A stretch of 64,000 nt of DNA from Owenia fusiformis (GCA_903813345.2 CAIIXF020000001.1:30938001-31002000), one strand, 5' to 3'. Counted from the stretch's first letter, positions 1 through 15,200 are shown. Made by a program: numbers and translations. The notes: generated by a model not told the origin, from the letters alone.

Positions 1-1516
1 ACATATCTTGGTATATTTGAAGTCCCAAAACGGCTTAGTTTCAGAAATATCCCAAATTTAAATTCAAAAATGACCGTTAGCTCCGCACCCTCCGCTCATT
101 TGCTCCGCATCCAATATTTCCCACAGGCTCTGTCTGCATAGGGTGTAGAACGACATTGTAAAATCTGATTGAATCTTGTAAGTATTGGCCCGCCAATCCC
201 TTCCCCAAAACCACCCATGAATTATCAATGTGTGCCACTTTCCCCAGTGAAACACACATTCTACACAAGTTAGGGGCATTGAAATATACAATGAGACCTG
301 GTTTGTAGATGAAGGAGGGTCACAGGTGCTTGAAGCAAGGTATTGGCCTCATTTCACGATACTTTCGAAAGATTGGACCATGGGCTTTCAACTCTAGTTG
401 AAAGCCCATGATTGGACGTTGTTTTTCCAATAATATAAATATATAACATCCAGTTATCATCAACTTTTATATATTTAGTTCGATAAGTTGAGAATTAATT
501 TTTTCCGTATTGAAAGTGAACATATGCATGCTTTTCGAAACATGTTTCCAATATTTTACAATAGTGGCTCCCCCCACACTTTGAAAACGTCATTTAGTCA
601 GATGTGCTCCCTGCTGCCCCGGGCTGCTGCTGCTTAAATGGAGATTTTTCTTCTACGATTAGTTCTACTTCATCATTTTAGATCATGGGATTTGTCTATA
701 AGGTTTATAAAGATTTTTTATTTTATTAATGTATTATGTATTATCTTTAGTTTATTGATTTTGACCAATAAGTTAAAGGTAAGCAGAGTGGAAAGAAGTG
801 AAATGCCCTTGGACCAAGGATGAACTCAACCTTGAATATAGTTATGCAATTTTTAAAATAAATTCACTTTCAATAAATATATAAGTATCGAATAAACATC
901 AGCGATATTCAATAATTCTATTTTCGAACCCCAATCCTAAATAACACAACGAAATCTTAATATTTCTACTTTGGCTCCGATTTCGTTTTCCTAAGAAACT
1001 TTGCAGTTGGCTTTAACATGCTTATCGTGCTGAATATTGTATCCATAGTGCTCCTTTAGATTTAATAAACATCACTCAGAGATGATCTTTCACTGAATTC
1101 GTGTTAATGTAACTTTTAGGCCTAGTGAATTTTCATGATATCCAACGCAAATGTGAACACAGATGGATTGGAGAGGTGGGGCTTATAACTTAAGTTAATA
1201 CCATAATTGCCCATTTTGCCTTCTGATGTGTATTACTAACTGTCAGTTGTTTTCCACACATCATATAGCGATCACTTAAACGTACTAATTCAAACATCTC
1301 ATTCAGACCAACGACTTCAATAATTTCATGATAAATAGATTTTCGGAATATTTTGAGTCTTTGAAATATGATGTAAAATGTCATCTCATGGTACGATAGC
1401 TATTAATGCTGATCAAATTAATAGTAAGAGGACTAAGCCTACGAAGAAGTCAGAACAACAGCCATGGGGGCTCTTTATGAAGCCAGGTCATCGCCAAAAA
1501 ACCAGGTAAGCTTACG

Positions 1517-1980
1517 ATTTGAATTACGATTCCGTGTATTTTGGGATGATTTAGTATGCTTCCGAATTGTGTTTGCAGTGAACCACTGGGATATGATATC
1601 AGCGTTTTTTTAAATGCATAAGTGCAAGCGAAGCGAGCCCCAAAAAGGGGGATACGTGGGTTCACCCGGATTTACATTGTATTTGGTGCATTCTAAGCAT
1701 TTCAAACTATAATTTGTTAATTTTTCAACAAATTTTACAAAATTGCTTTTATTTATTTGAATTACGATTCCGTATATTTTGGGTGTTTGCAGTGAACCCC
1801 CGGGATATGATATCAGCGTTTTTTTAAATGCCTTACTGCGAGCGAAGCGAGCACCAAAAAGGGGGATACGTGGGTTCACCCGGATTTTTTTAAAAATTTA
1901 CATTGTATATGGTGCATTCTAAGCATTTCAAACTATAATTTGTTAATTTTTTCAACAAATTTTACAAAATTGCTTTTTTA
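1517..1980. repeat. Local tandem duplication of about 220-240 bp inside a decayed MITE
   Basis: 1517-1753 matches 1756-1980; this explains the duplicated ORF starts MNPRIPLFGARFA. Confidence 0.85.
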
Positions 1981-2789
1981 TTTTTTGAGGTGGGGGGGGG
2001 GCAATCATACCCCCGGCTACGCCCATGAATATGCCTATATAACATAAACAATGTCATATTTATAGTTCATAATTAGTCCCTAACTGAACGAAGCATTTTC
2101 ATGTTATCGAGTCATTCAAAGGTTTTCTTGGGATGAATTCATGGTTTGTTATATATGTTTAGATGCCAGCTTTCAGAAGATACCACAAATGGTTTAAAAG
2201 TCAATGTTCCCAGATTAAACATACAGTTCATGGAAATCTAATTGGAGCGACGGTTGTCCGCCATTTGTGACAACGGTATCTGTCTTTACCCTTGTCAGGC
2301 TATTCCGGTGTGATAATATAGGCTATAGAATATAAAAGCACTGATAAGGGGGGGGTACGGATGGGTCCCGCCCAAATTAAGTTGCGCCCAGAAAATTTCT
2401 TGGCCTAAATTTTTAGGACCCCAATTAGAGGCCATTACTGTGTGGGCCTTTTTGCGCCTTGTTTTTTAGTTTTAGGCAAAATTTTCTTTAAAAATCTAAA
2501 TTTGGACCCAATTTTTGATTGGTCAAAATTTGTTTAGACTTTAAATCCCCCCCCCCCCCTTAGTTTTCGAATCCGCCCCGAAGGGGTGGCTTCATTTTAG
2601 GCATTTTAGGCTAGGCCTACTCCCCGTGTTACCGATCTTGCAAATCTTATGCGCTGATAGTGATAGTTGTGTATTAGAGATAAGTAATATAAGATCTAAA
2701 ACACCGTGTGCAGCCATTCGATCAATAATTAGTTTTTGGGAGTGCCTGCGTTCACATTCAGCTGATGCGGCTGCTGCTGTTGCATAGTA

Positions 2790-2839
2790 TGTTTACACGT
2801 CACTAGGTAACTAAGGTGAGAGGTCAGATTATGTAAACA
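2790..2839 (+). promoter_or_regulatory. Candidate ciliary promoter module: RFX X-box plus forkhead sites
   Basis: GTCACTAGGTAAC (2799-2811) fits the X-box consensus GTNRCY-N(0-3)-RGYAAC; TGTTTAC (2790-2796) and GTAAACA (2833-2839) are forkhead-type; 130-175 nt upstream of the DCDC2 ATG. Confidence 0.5.
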
Positions 2840-2966
2840 ATTCTTCCCACAATGCATCAGTAGTGGTCAGTCGAAAAGGAAGTGGATTAGTTTGAAAGTA
2901 AAAACATATTTTGTTCGACCGAAACACACAGATATCTATGCGATTATAGGTTAAACGTGATATAGA

Positions 2967-3241
2967 ATGGCTCTCCAGGCCATCCCCGAGACTGCAAAGA
3001 CAGTGAACATTTATAGAAACGGGGATACGCACTATACTGGAAAGAAGTTTGTGGTGAACAAAAAACAGCTCAAAACTTTTGATGCTTTTTTGAACAATGT
3101 CACCATCGGAATTCGAGCTCCATTTGGTGCTGTTAGAAGGATACATACACCAACTGGGAGGCATTTAGTAAAGGATATAGATGAATTAGAACAAGGGCAA
3201 AATTATGTTGCCACGGGATTGGAAAGATTCAAGAAACTCCA
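2967..3241 (+). CDS. DCDC2: DCDC2 coding exon 1 (DCX domain 1)
   Basis: MALQAIPETAKTVNIYRNGD...ERFKKL; donor CA|gtgagt. Confidence 0.93.
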
Positions 3242-6200
3242 GTGAGTAACTTTCTCTTGCAAGTTAGACAACAATGTTACAATACAGGTGTTATACCCCT
3301 CTAAACTCATACATGATGAAGTAGCATTACATGTTAAAGGTTATTTTTTTGAAAATTATCAATATTTTTTCTGAAATTACTTTCATGACCTCTTGATCCT
3401 CGAATGAAAGATATAATCATATAGTAGCCGAGACAAGACAACTCAAGTCCCAAGTCTGTATATTTACTCTCATTTCTTCAATTTTAACCACATTTTCCTA
3501 ACATAGAATTTTATTGGTTTTAATTATAATTTATTAGTTAAAAATAGGGAAACATTTGATTTTGATTGGCCTATAACCAAAATTTGTCATTTTGTGTAAT
3601 AACACCAAAATGACCAAATGTTTTCTTATTCAGCACAAGTGCAACTGTTTTAGGTAATTGAGACATTTTTGAGAAAAATGGTATGCAGAAACATGATATT
3701 TTAAATAAAACGGGGCGAAAAACAACCTCTGAAGATGCCTGCATTATTTGAGATTTTGGCGTGTTTCAATGGCCTGAAAAATGGATGGGGTAGGGGAGTG
3801 GCATACCCTTTGAGCTTATTCCAGTTACCATTTTAATCAAATGAATGATGAGAATTTGGTATCATCTTAAAGCTTGTCTTGTGTGCTTTAATTTGGTACC
3901 CATATAATGACATCAGATGATATATTATGACATCACAGTGGTACCAAACGACCTTAAATGGAAAAAGAAGCACCAAAATGTGGCAAAATAATGGTGAGAC
4001 TCCAACATTCTTTTGACAATTCACTACTTGCCACAATCAATGAATGCATTTCTCATTGAGGTACACTTCCAATGCATGATCTGATGACTGGCAAAAAATA
4101 ACTAGGATGAATGGATGATAGTTATTGTCAATAAGATTAGAGACACCATATTGTGTCTGTCATTTATAACTTGGATTTTTATAAGTTACGTCAAAATGTT
4201 GCATTCGTTACAAAATGGAAAATTTTGATTATAGACCAATCAAAATCAAATGTTTCCCTATATTTAACAAATAAATTATGATCAAAACCAATGAAAATCT
4301 ATGTTAGGATTTCTCCAAGGAATGTGGATGCAAATGTGGTGACTTAACTCTTAAAAGTGAAGAAATGAGAGTAAATATACAGACTGGGGACTTGTGTTGT
4401 CTCGGCTACTATAGATAGATTTGTGTCAATAATCTTGTTAGATTTATTCGTTATTTTTTTGAATACCCCTCTCTACATATCTCAACTCTCCAAATGTATC
4501 ATGGTTGACTCAATCTCATGTATGTTGTCACAAGACTCAGGGACTCAAAAATTGATGCAAAGACTCAAAACTTGGTCACTGTGCAGTGAACAGTAAAATA
4601 AATACAGTCTAAGTGTCTGTCTAAATATGCAAATGCAGATATATATGACATTTGATGAATAAGATGAAAAACATTTTCTTCTTTTATGCAATGGTTATAA
4701 AGATTTTTAACAGTCTTAAGTTTTATTGATTCATTTGAAAATATGTTGGATGAAGAAAGATTTAAGTTTTTAATGATTCCAGATGATTATGAAATTGTAT
4801 TTCAAATTGAGATATTTTATAAATAAACTTTTCAATCAACATCGGGAGCTATTTGAAAAAGGAATAAACAAGTTTGTAAGATATTTATATTTAAATATTT
4901 GTTTAACAATGCATTTTACTTTATAACTGTATAATTATGTCTTGTAATTGATTTTGTGAGGAAGTCAATTGTTTTGGCTTGAAACACAATAAAATTTTGA
5001 ATCTTGAATCATTTGGATTTGTTATTTAGCGACATATTTTTTATAATTATTAGTTAGCATTAGCAAGTTGCTGATTATAGCTTATTGGCCATTGTGAGAT
5101 CTACAGCCTGTAGTATTTCTCTCAAGCATTAGATGAAGAGAGAGGTGATTATTGCCATAATGAACTGGAATAAATCATGTTTTGTATCAGATTTACATTA
5201 TTTTATGGCTAATGAAATTTTGTAGCTACTTCTATTTTGTGTTTGCTAATGTTTCCATGTCATGGTGTCAGTTCAGTACGTTATTTTTATCTCTTATTCC
5301 TATGTTTAATGTCTATAAAACAAATGCTTTCCTTGATAGCAACCATTAGTAATATATATTGGCGCATGTATTTCAGATACTTGGAAATATCTGAGGTTCC
5401 CAAGAAATCAACATCACCACGGTTTCCAGAGGTGAGTCAAGCTAAGTAAACACCATGTAGTACTAATGGTTTATTATGGCAACTTTATTCCTCTTTATTA
5501 TCCCTATTGAACAATGTTTGATATAGTGATATTGGATATAGTGAACTTAAAGTAAAGCTTAAGTCCTTCAGTCTGTCCTTCTATCTGTCCATCTGTCTGG
5601 AATATAATTTGAATGATAGTGAATAAGATGAGTATTAAGTGGTACAGTAAAATTTTGAATGTTTGAAAACTACTTTGAATTAAATAACCAATCAAATGAC
5701 TACATTGCGACAATATATGAAAAAATAGAAACATATGTATAAGGTCTAACTTTTGTATATTTCAGATAATTATGTTTAATGTGCAGCAAAGCTATTAGGC
5801 CTTTTGTAATTTAGGGAGATTTAGCCATGTTAATTTTTTTGAAAATATGGGAGAGAAGCAACAAAATATACGAGGCCACACATATGATAGCCAAACTACA
5901 AAACAAACTAGAATATACAAAAGTTAGGCCATGTACAGTATAAATGTTTCTATTTTTACATATACTGTTTCAATATGGTACTTTGATTGCTTATTTTTTT
6001 AGATTCAAAGTAGTTCCAAACATTTAAAATTTTACTATAAGTATAAGTAATTAATGGCAAAAAATTACTTTTCAAGATTTTTACCATTTTTAAAATGGGA
6101 GGTGTTTTCCTTAAAAATCTAAGTTTTACATCTTCAAACTAAAGCAATAGGTTTGAACTTTTGATTCTGAATCCAAAAAAGAAATCTTTTTCACATATAA

Positions 6201-9200
6201 TATTATGTTTTTCAATCTGACCCAGATTTGAGATTCTAATAATTTGTTTGGATTTGCTACTCTCTGTGAATTTGCTGATTCCTGGATCTGTGTTACTTTA
6301 CAATAACTGATGCAATGGTGAATATGTCTAAAATTATATTTGTTTTCAAATAAAAGAGAGAAACAATTAGAACTGATTAGAATTACTTCTCTCCAAATAG
6401 TTACTAAAAGCTGTATATAAACATATTTCTACTTCAGAACTTCAGAAAATAGTGACCAAATCACCAAAACTCAGATTGGCCACTAGATAATCTTATACCC
6501 AAATATTTGTAAGGAAAAACAAACAATGAAGAAATTCTTTTTTCCATGTTGGTTGAAATTGTTAATGTTTGACCTCCACTTGGCAACGATGAATTACAAT
6601 TTTAAGATGTTTAGTTAAGAGATTTGTTTTGACATTAGGAAGAAAATCTTTTCATTTAATTCATTTGTTTGTTTGTTATTAGAGCTGAACTTTCCATTAC
6701 TCTGTGAGTCTTATTTGAGCTCGTTAAAAAGGAAGTATAAACTGTGTATCCCTTTCTTTTATACTCCTTCAGTTGTATGCACTGTACAAGTCCAGTACAG
6801 TATATTGTAAATTTCACTGCCATACTGGTGTTTACCTTATATAATCAGAATATACTTAGACAAACTCCTAACAACTTGCCTCATTGATTAATTGATTTCC
6901 CTTTGCAGACTAAATTAGTCACTAATCACGCTAAATATGTTTCTCCTGAAATAAATCGCAATATACATGGCCCTAAAGCTACCATATTATTTATTTATAG
7001 AATTCATCTTGGTTATGCTATCACAACCAGTTTTGTTTGTATAGTTTCATTTTTGCAATTATATATACTATACATAACAGACATATGGGAAACTGGACTA
7101 TTTTAATTGTTTTTCAGGTCCGACCAGTAGAACATAGTAGAATAAAAGTCTCCGGACGATTTCGAAAAATTCGCACGGAAGTCACCCCGATATTGTAAGT
7201 TGATAAACAAGCCTCTAAATTACATGTAATGCTATCGAAATGTTTTATTTGATAGCTGTGTCTGTGACAAAGTAAAATAACAGATCATTGTAAACAATGT
7301 CAGTTGTAACCGAGTGAATGACTGAAGTGTTTCAATGATTTAACATAATGACAACTCTCTTAAATTCTGAGAAGTTAAAGATTGTTTTGTGTCATATTTT
7401 CGTTGTTGCTTAGATTAGAGGCATTTTGTTTGTTTTGTTTATCTTATAAAGATAAAGCTCCTTAACTTCTTCAGTTCTATCTTTCTCTATTATTGGTTAT
7501 ATATTAAGATAAATCAGGAGGCATGTACTGTATCTATTTTTTAAATAATCCAAAATAAAGTGTTGTACATGTATCTTCTGTTAAAAACAATTTTCATATT
7601 TTTCACAATGCTGTATCCTGAAAATTATGAATACAGATGTTGACTGATGAACCCTCCAAACCTTGTTTTAAAGAAAATGTTTCACCATGTATCTACTTTA
7701 AATGCCCCACTGACACCTTATGGTTTCATACTCTAACAATAATATGAAGACCACATCATACAATATGTTCATTCACAGTGTAGCTGACACATGTAGAGGC
7801 CAAGGGGCAACATTTGAAGAGATAAACGCACATCTAAAATCCTTCATGATAGCATTGAACATAATGCATCTCTACATTTATTATAGGGTATATGCAAATG
7901 GAGATGCCCTTAGAGCTCCAGCGAGGATTCTTCTTCGTGCAAATGAAATGCGATCATGGCAACAAATTCTTAATGTCATCACAGATAAGGTTGAGCTGAG
8001 GACAGGTGCCACAAGATGGTAAGTTCAATTTAATTAGATGGTGTTATGTTCCTTAATATTATGATATTACTGGTTGAGAGTCAATTTTTGTTTTACAGTC
8101 ATTAGGAATTGTTTCAAAAGTTGTTCATTAACTGTGTATGTTCTATGTTTTACAGTTCATAACTTCTGATTTGCATCTGCTTTTTATGTCACCACTTTTT
8201 GGCGGTGACATATTTTTTGGTCTCCATTTTTTTGTGGCAGCGGTTGGTGGTTGGCAATTGGCGGGTGGCAGTTGGCACTGTAACAAATTCTTACTGTTCA
8301 GACTGACTTAAATTTTTTTTAAATCATCAACAAGTTCAAATCTAACTTTATTTCTAAGATTTGACCTTCAGTGACCTTTTCAAGGTCAAAAAAGGTGAAA
8401 AAGAGTCAAAAAGGTCTTTTTTCAACTTGCTTCAAATTGACCAAATTTGTTTTTCAAAATCATCTCCAAGTTATCAGAAGTTCAAATCAGACTTTAGATT
8501 TAAGATTTGACATTCTCAAGGTCAAAAAAGGTTAAAAGGTCTACAATTTTATTTTTCAAAGTCATCTACAAGTTCTCAATAGTTCAAATCTCACTATAGA
8601 TTTGACATTCAATGGCATTCTCAAGGTAAAAGAAGATTTCACCTTCAATGACCTTCTCAAGGTCAAGAAAGGTCTTCTTTCAACTTCAAATTGACCAATT
8701 TTTTTTTCAAAATCATCTCCAAGTTCTCAGAAATTCAAATCTGACTTAAGCTTGAACTTATGATATTGTGAGCAACTAGGTGGTGGCATTTAATATTGAA
8801 TTTGAAATGTTTCTTTCTACAGGATTTATTCCATGGATGGGCAAGTAGTCACAAGGCCCTCAGACCTCGAGAAAGAAGGCAAATATGTTGCAGTGGGCTC
8901 AGAAAAAAACTTCAAAGAACTTCCCTACACAGAGGACAAAGTTCCATATATGTCTGGAGCAGCCAGTCCAAGACAACAACAGTAAGAAAATTATATATCT
9001 TAGTTTATAATCAAGACAATATCCTATCATTAGGTTTTTACACATCAGTCTCCTTCTGTCAGTATGCACTTTTTTCTTTAAAAACTGTCCATAATAATTC
9101 CTAAGCCCATATTACTTGACATTCTTGCTTTTTGTAAATCCCATCCCATTCAGCTCATGTATCGTTTCTATGTCCTGCATTGTGTTTGTCAAAAGTATGA

Positions 9201-12200
9201 TGTCACACAAGATGAAATCATGCATAGTAACTGAAAAAACAAGAATGGAATGTGGGTGGACCTGGAAGTTGCTGGATTATTAAAAGTTAATTAAAGATCC
9301 AAAAATATGTAAACTTCAGTGTAGAACAGTAATGAATGATCATGTACAGCTCCTGTAGGCTGTCAACTGCTCAAAAATACAGGATTTACTCCCATGTGCT
9401 AGAATGGAAAAACCAGCGAGAACATCATCATGTTGGGAAAAAGAGTTCACATGACAGACATAAACTTGGATTATTTCCATTAAACAGGAGAAAGATTGAT
9501 CATGATTATTCCAGAGTGGTGAACACACTACCATTTCCTATACGTAAAAGTGCTTATAATATAGCTCTTAGCACAGGTGCTAATAAGCTTTGCAGGCATC
9601 CTTATTCTGTCTATGATAGAAAGAAAACTGACAAAATGTGAGTACAATCATGCAACATTACATGATTCTATTTTTGAAAAAGTAGATTCCACAAAAATCA
9701 ATCCAGAAGATGATTTAGACTATTACCCCAAGGTTGTTTGAAACAATCAGTCAAGTTACCTTGACTCAAACTCAAACTCAAAGTCAAGGTTGAATTGATC
9801 AATCAAAATCAAGAACAATAATGTTGATCAATCAAAATCAAGAACCATAATATTGATCAATCAAAATCAAGAACCATAATGTTGATCAATCAAAATCAAG
9901 AACCATAATGTTGATCAATCAAAATCAAGAACCATAATATTGATCAATCAAAATCAAGAACCATAATGTTGATCAATCAAAATCAAGAACCATAATATTG
10001 ATCAATCAAAATCAAGAACCATAATGTTGATCAATCAAAATCAAGAACCATAATATTGATCAATCAAAATCAAGAACCATAATGTTGATCAATCAAAATC
10101 AAGAACCATAATATTGATCAATCAAAATCAAGAACAATAATGTTGATCAATCAAAATCAAGAACAATAATGTTGATCAATCAAAATCAAGAACAATAATG
10201 TTAATCAATCAAAATCAAGTACAAAAATGTTAATCAATCAAAATCAAGAACAATAATGTTGATCAATCAAAATCAAGAACCATAATGTTGATCAATCAAA
10301 ATCAAGAACCATAATATTGATCAATCAAAATCAAGAACAATAATATTGATCAATCAAAATCAAGAACAATAATGTTGATCAATCAAAATCAAGAACCATA
10401 ATGTTGATCAATCAAAATCAAGAACCATAATATTGATCAATCAAAATCAAGAACAATAATATTGATCAATCAAAATCAAGAACCATAATGTTGATCAATC
10501 AAAATCAAGAACAATAAAGTTAATCAATCAAAATCAAGAACAAAAATGTTGATCAATCAAAATCAAGAACAATAAAGTTAATCAATCAAAATCAAGAACC
10601 ATAATGTTGATCAATCAAAATCAAGAACAATAAAGTTAATCAATCAAAATCAAGAACAAAAATGTTGATCAATCAAAATCAAGAACCATAATGTTGATCA
10701 ATCAAAATCAAGAACCATAATATTGATCAATCAAAATCAAGAACAATAATATTGATCAATCAAAATCAAGAACCATAATGTTGATCAATCAAAATCAAGA
10801 ACAATAAAGTTAATCAATCAAAATCAAGAACAAAAATGTTGATCAATCAAAATCAAGAACAATAATGTTGATCAATTCAGAAGTATTGCTTAATTTAGAT
10901 ATGATGTCTGAAGAGGCAGGATGTCTAAGTTGAGTTGCTATGGCAACTTGTATTCTGAATGGTACAAATCATCTACATGTAATTTGTATTATCTGATGTT
11001 GCATGCAATTTATAGCAACCATGAAATTACTCACTGATCCAATATATACCGTAACTATTAACTTAACTAATTATATATCCTACGCAATCAATGGCTAGTT
11101 AAATATTACTAGTATTCCTGATTGGGTTTTGTGTTTTCATTTTACAATATACAATTATTGACCTCTGTAGAGGTTAACTGTAAAATTTATACTTCTTGAA
11201 TGATATGGGAGAACTAATTTTCAAGGTTGACAAGAATGATATGAGGCAGTGCTCAAGGCACATACTCAACTCTTACAAACATAGGTGAAGTAGGTTTGCT
11301 CAATGTCAAGAGACTTGTGAAATGCCATAGTCTGCGAGAAAAACATCTACATTAGTATGGATTTATAAATGAGAAGTCGTTATCTCTCATACAAATATAA
11401 TATTAACTATTAATTCTGGTATTTCCCCCTTTTTAATCATCATAGTCATAATGTACACGTTGATCACTAAGTATATATTGAAAAAATTAGGGCTCTCATT
11501 TTACCATTTGTTTACAATTTATGATTCATACAATTTTCATGATTTGTACTTTGTTTATGTGGAAAGTTTTTTTTCAGTTCTTTTTGATCACAGCGTCTGG
11601 AGAAGTGTTCATTATCATATAAGTGTTCAACTACCATATATCAGGAATATTGGCTAGGGGGGGGGGGGGGGGTTTGGCCCACCCTGTAGCTAATATTTAC
11701 AGCCCTCTTATGATTTCCTAGCTGGTATTGCAATCATCTCAAAATTCAGAATTTTAGTTGCCTCTTAGATCCTTGTAGCTACTATTATTGTAAGGGGGGG
11801 GGGGGCAGAGAGGCCACCCTTCTTCAATAAGCAACAATATACATAACATTTCATAACATATTGCAGAGAATAGCATTTCTTTTTCTTTTTTCCAAGGCAT
11901 AGTATTCATAGAAATATCAAATAAATGATATAAGTTTTAGGGTTCAATGTATTGTTAAGCATGAGTGTCTTGTATGAGACTTTGAATGAGGATGGGAGCC
12001 CAAATTCAAGGGCTAACAAACAAGTTATGGATGCATTAGATAACTAGTTTTCATTGATTCATTTTCATAGATTTTTTTACACATAGCAAAAAATTAGTGC
12101 AATATCACTAAAAAGGTGAAATTCAACTACTTTTTTTTGCAAGGTCAACATTTTGACATGCATAAGCACCAACTTGACTAATCATGGCACTCATTGAGGA

Positions 12201-15200
12201 TATGCTAAACATACATGTTATTCATTTGCCTACCCTGGCCTTCTCTCTATTTAAGATTACAATCACCACATTATAGGAATTCTATTATTATAGAAAAGTG
12301 AGACCTTAAATAATTAATTTTGTGACCAGGCAATTGTTATTGGAATTTTAAGATCTTTGTTATAACCCATCCTAGAATGGTATGCCCTATATATAAGTAT
12401 TTTGGCATATTTCAGATTTTTTGTTAATGATCGGTTATAACGATATTTTGTTAATGAATGAAATTGACAGAAAAAGAAATTTTTGAAATGACTACTGAAG
12501 TCAAACTGGGCACTTTATTATATTTTATTTCATTATTTTACATTAGAATGTTTTATTTTACTTCTTTTAGAAAGTACAGTCCTGGCAAGCTGCCACCTAT
12601 CAAGCGTGTGCGCAAATCTGACGGGGGAACCAATAGTACACGCAACTCTACTGGCTCCAGTGAGACCAGTGATAAAAGCAAAGCAAAGTCAAAGAGGTGA
12701 GCATATTAATTTCATTCTTAATGATACCTCTGTTATTATTCTCTTCAGATACTATGAGGCTCATTGGAGAAGCTTAACTTTAAATACTATGATTGTTCAA
12801 TACATGTACATACTGGTTGGTCAATACATTCAAATCGGTCTTTTTCATTTTTTGCAAGTTGGCTGCACTGTTATATTTTTCGACCAATTAACATCTGATA
12901 TGATCTGTATCCTGTAGGATGAATATCAGTCCTATCAGTTTGCAAAATGAAAATACATAACTTCAAATTTTCAAAGTACAAAAAGGTGTACCAAAAATAT
13001 CTCTTTAACCAATAGAGTTTAGTTAAAGAAAGTTTGCACAATTCAAGTTAGTTCAATGTTCTTTAAGTTGACAAAGTTTCACTACTATAGCAATTGTATG
13101 GCCCATTTGTTGGCCATTCAAATAATGTGTTCCAAATGGGCACCGCGTGTTTGAAGACAGACTTGCAAAGTGGTTAGGTTAAGCGATGAAGCACATTTTC
13201 ACAATCACACCCCCCTGACTGAAAACTGAACTTTTTTTGGTGATCGCATCCCCCCTGACTGAAAGCTGGCTACGCCCCTGCTTCAGTCAAGGTATTCTTC
13301 AGTCAAGGTAATTTCAGTCAAGGTACGTTACCCTTCATTTAAAGTTCTTTCCGTCAAGTTGCTATTCAGTCAAAGTACCCTTCATTTAAGGTAACTCCAG
13401 TCAGGGTACCCTGCAGTCAAGGCACTTTCAGTCAAGGTATCCTCAGTCATTGTACCCATAGCCTAACCTATGATAATGAAAAGGCAAAAAAAGATATTAT
13501 GTCTACTCTCTGAGTCTACAGGCAATTTACTATCCCCAGGTGTCTCATTATTTAATATGTCCTTGATAAAAGGCACCTATGATGAATTGTTATTTGTTCT
13601 TAATCTTTCAATTTCAAAGTCGTAATGAATTTTTTATAACATGTTTCTTTATGGTGTGACTAGTAAAGATTTAATCTGACTAAGTAGCTTTGAAATTGAA
13701 TGATACAGTCGATTACAGAGGATGTAATTAATACTTGATGAGAATTTTAAAGTATATATAGTATATCAGACTCTATCTAATTATATACTAGATCATTTGG
13801 ATGTGAACAAGTCACTCGGGACAAATTTTTAGTAATGAATATATTAATATCATCTCTGTGTTAATCAGTTTTATGCTAGATCAATAGGTTTTTATTTGTA
13901 TCATATTATTTGATCAATCAAGGAGACTTCATTGTGATTTTCTACTGTCCATTTGTCTCAAGAAGATATCATTTAAGAAATCCAAAGTTTAGTTGTACAG
14001 AATATTAATTAATTAAAGTAGAATTGTATTTTGTATTTTCCTGGTAAGTTCTTAGTCACATTTCAAAATGAGTGCTGTTGAAACGTGTCAGTTCACTTGT
14101 CAGTGACTCATATTGCCAAATTCAAATAGTTTTATGTAGAAATCACATTATTGAAATTGGATCAAGTTATTATATAAAGATCGATACCTTCTACACTTAA
14201 TATTTGCCTGGTGTGTGTATTGTTGAACCAAAATTTGTTGGATAAGTTTTAACCGTTGCCTCTGAGCCTTTTAAATACTAGCTTTAATCCTGTTTTTATG
14301 ATTACATGGAATATTTCAATGGAATTGTTGTTGAAACTTGCAAGGTCAATATTCATAGAAATTGGTTATCATTTACTGATTTGAAAAAATGCATAAATTG
14401 ATAAATTGGTCTGTTGGCTGTGTTGATCATTCTGTCTATAACACAGCATGATGTCGCAATAAGAAACATTTTGTTATTTGTTTGATTCCTTTTTGAATTA
14501 AGCCGATCTTTTGGATATTGAATTAACATCATCGGGATGTTTCAAGTTACTGGTTTCTCCCACTATCTTTTCTCCTTATATGTAAAATATATAATGATTT
14601 AAAAGGCCGATCATTTGAGATAATAATAAATGTGCCTCATTTGCAAATTAATTGAATATATGACATGGTGTTCTTATGTAATTATTGTGACAGATCTCCA
14701 ATATCCTAATTACACCTGAAAGGCAATTATGCTATACTGTTCACTTATTAGTATTTCCTGCTATTTCCAATGTGGGAGTTTGCTTAGAGAACAGTGCATC
14801 AAGCTTGAAAATAATGGTATGCTAATATTATATGTGCCATTAGACCTAGTTTCCTTTTTATTATGTCCCCACCACATAGTGTGGGGCCATATTGTCGGCC
14901 TAGGCGCGTCTGTCTGTCTGTCTGTCCGTCCGTCCGTACGTCCGGCAGTTTTCTCCAAAACCGCCACAGATATCACCTTCAAATTTTCAGTGATAACTTG
15001 TCTGCAAGCTTTAAGAAAAATGGCTTCACAGTTGCTTTTGAAACTTTAACATCTTGTTCAGCTCACTTCATTCTACATCTGATTAGGTTTTGGACCTGTT
15101 AGCTCAGTCATGTCAGCCATTTTGAATGTTTTAAAAAAAGTTAGCGCGCGATAATACTTTTTATCATATTGAATGGTGTTTTTCAATTTTCATACTTTAA

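Noticed and set aside
9795..10876. Possible CRISPR-like array
   Set aside because: Head-to-tail units with no unique spacers, in a eukaryotic intron, with no cas genes.
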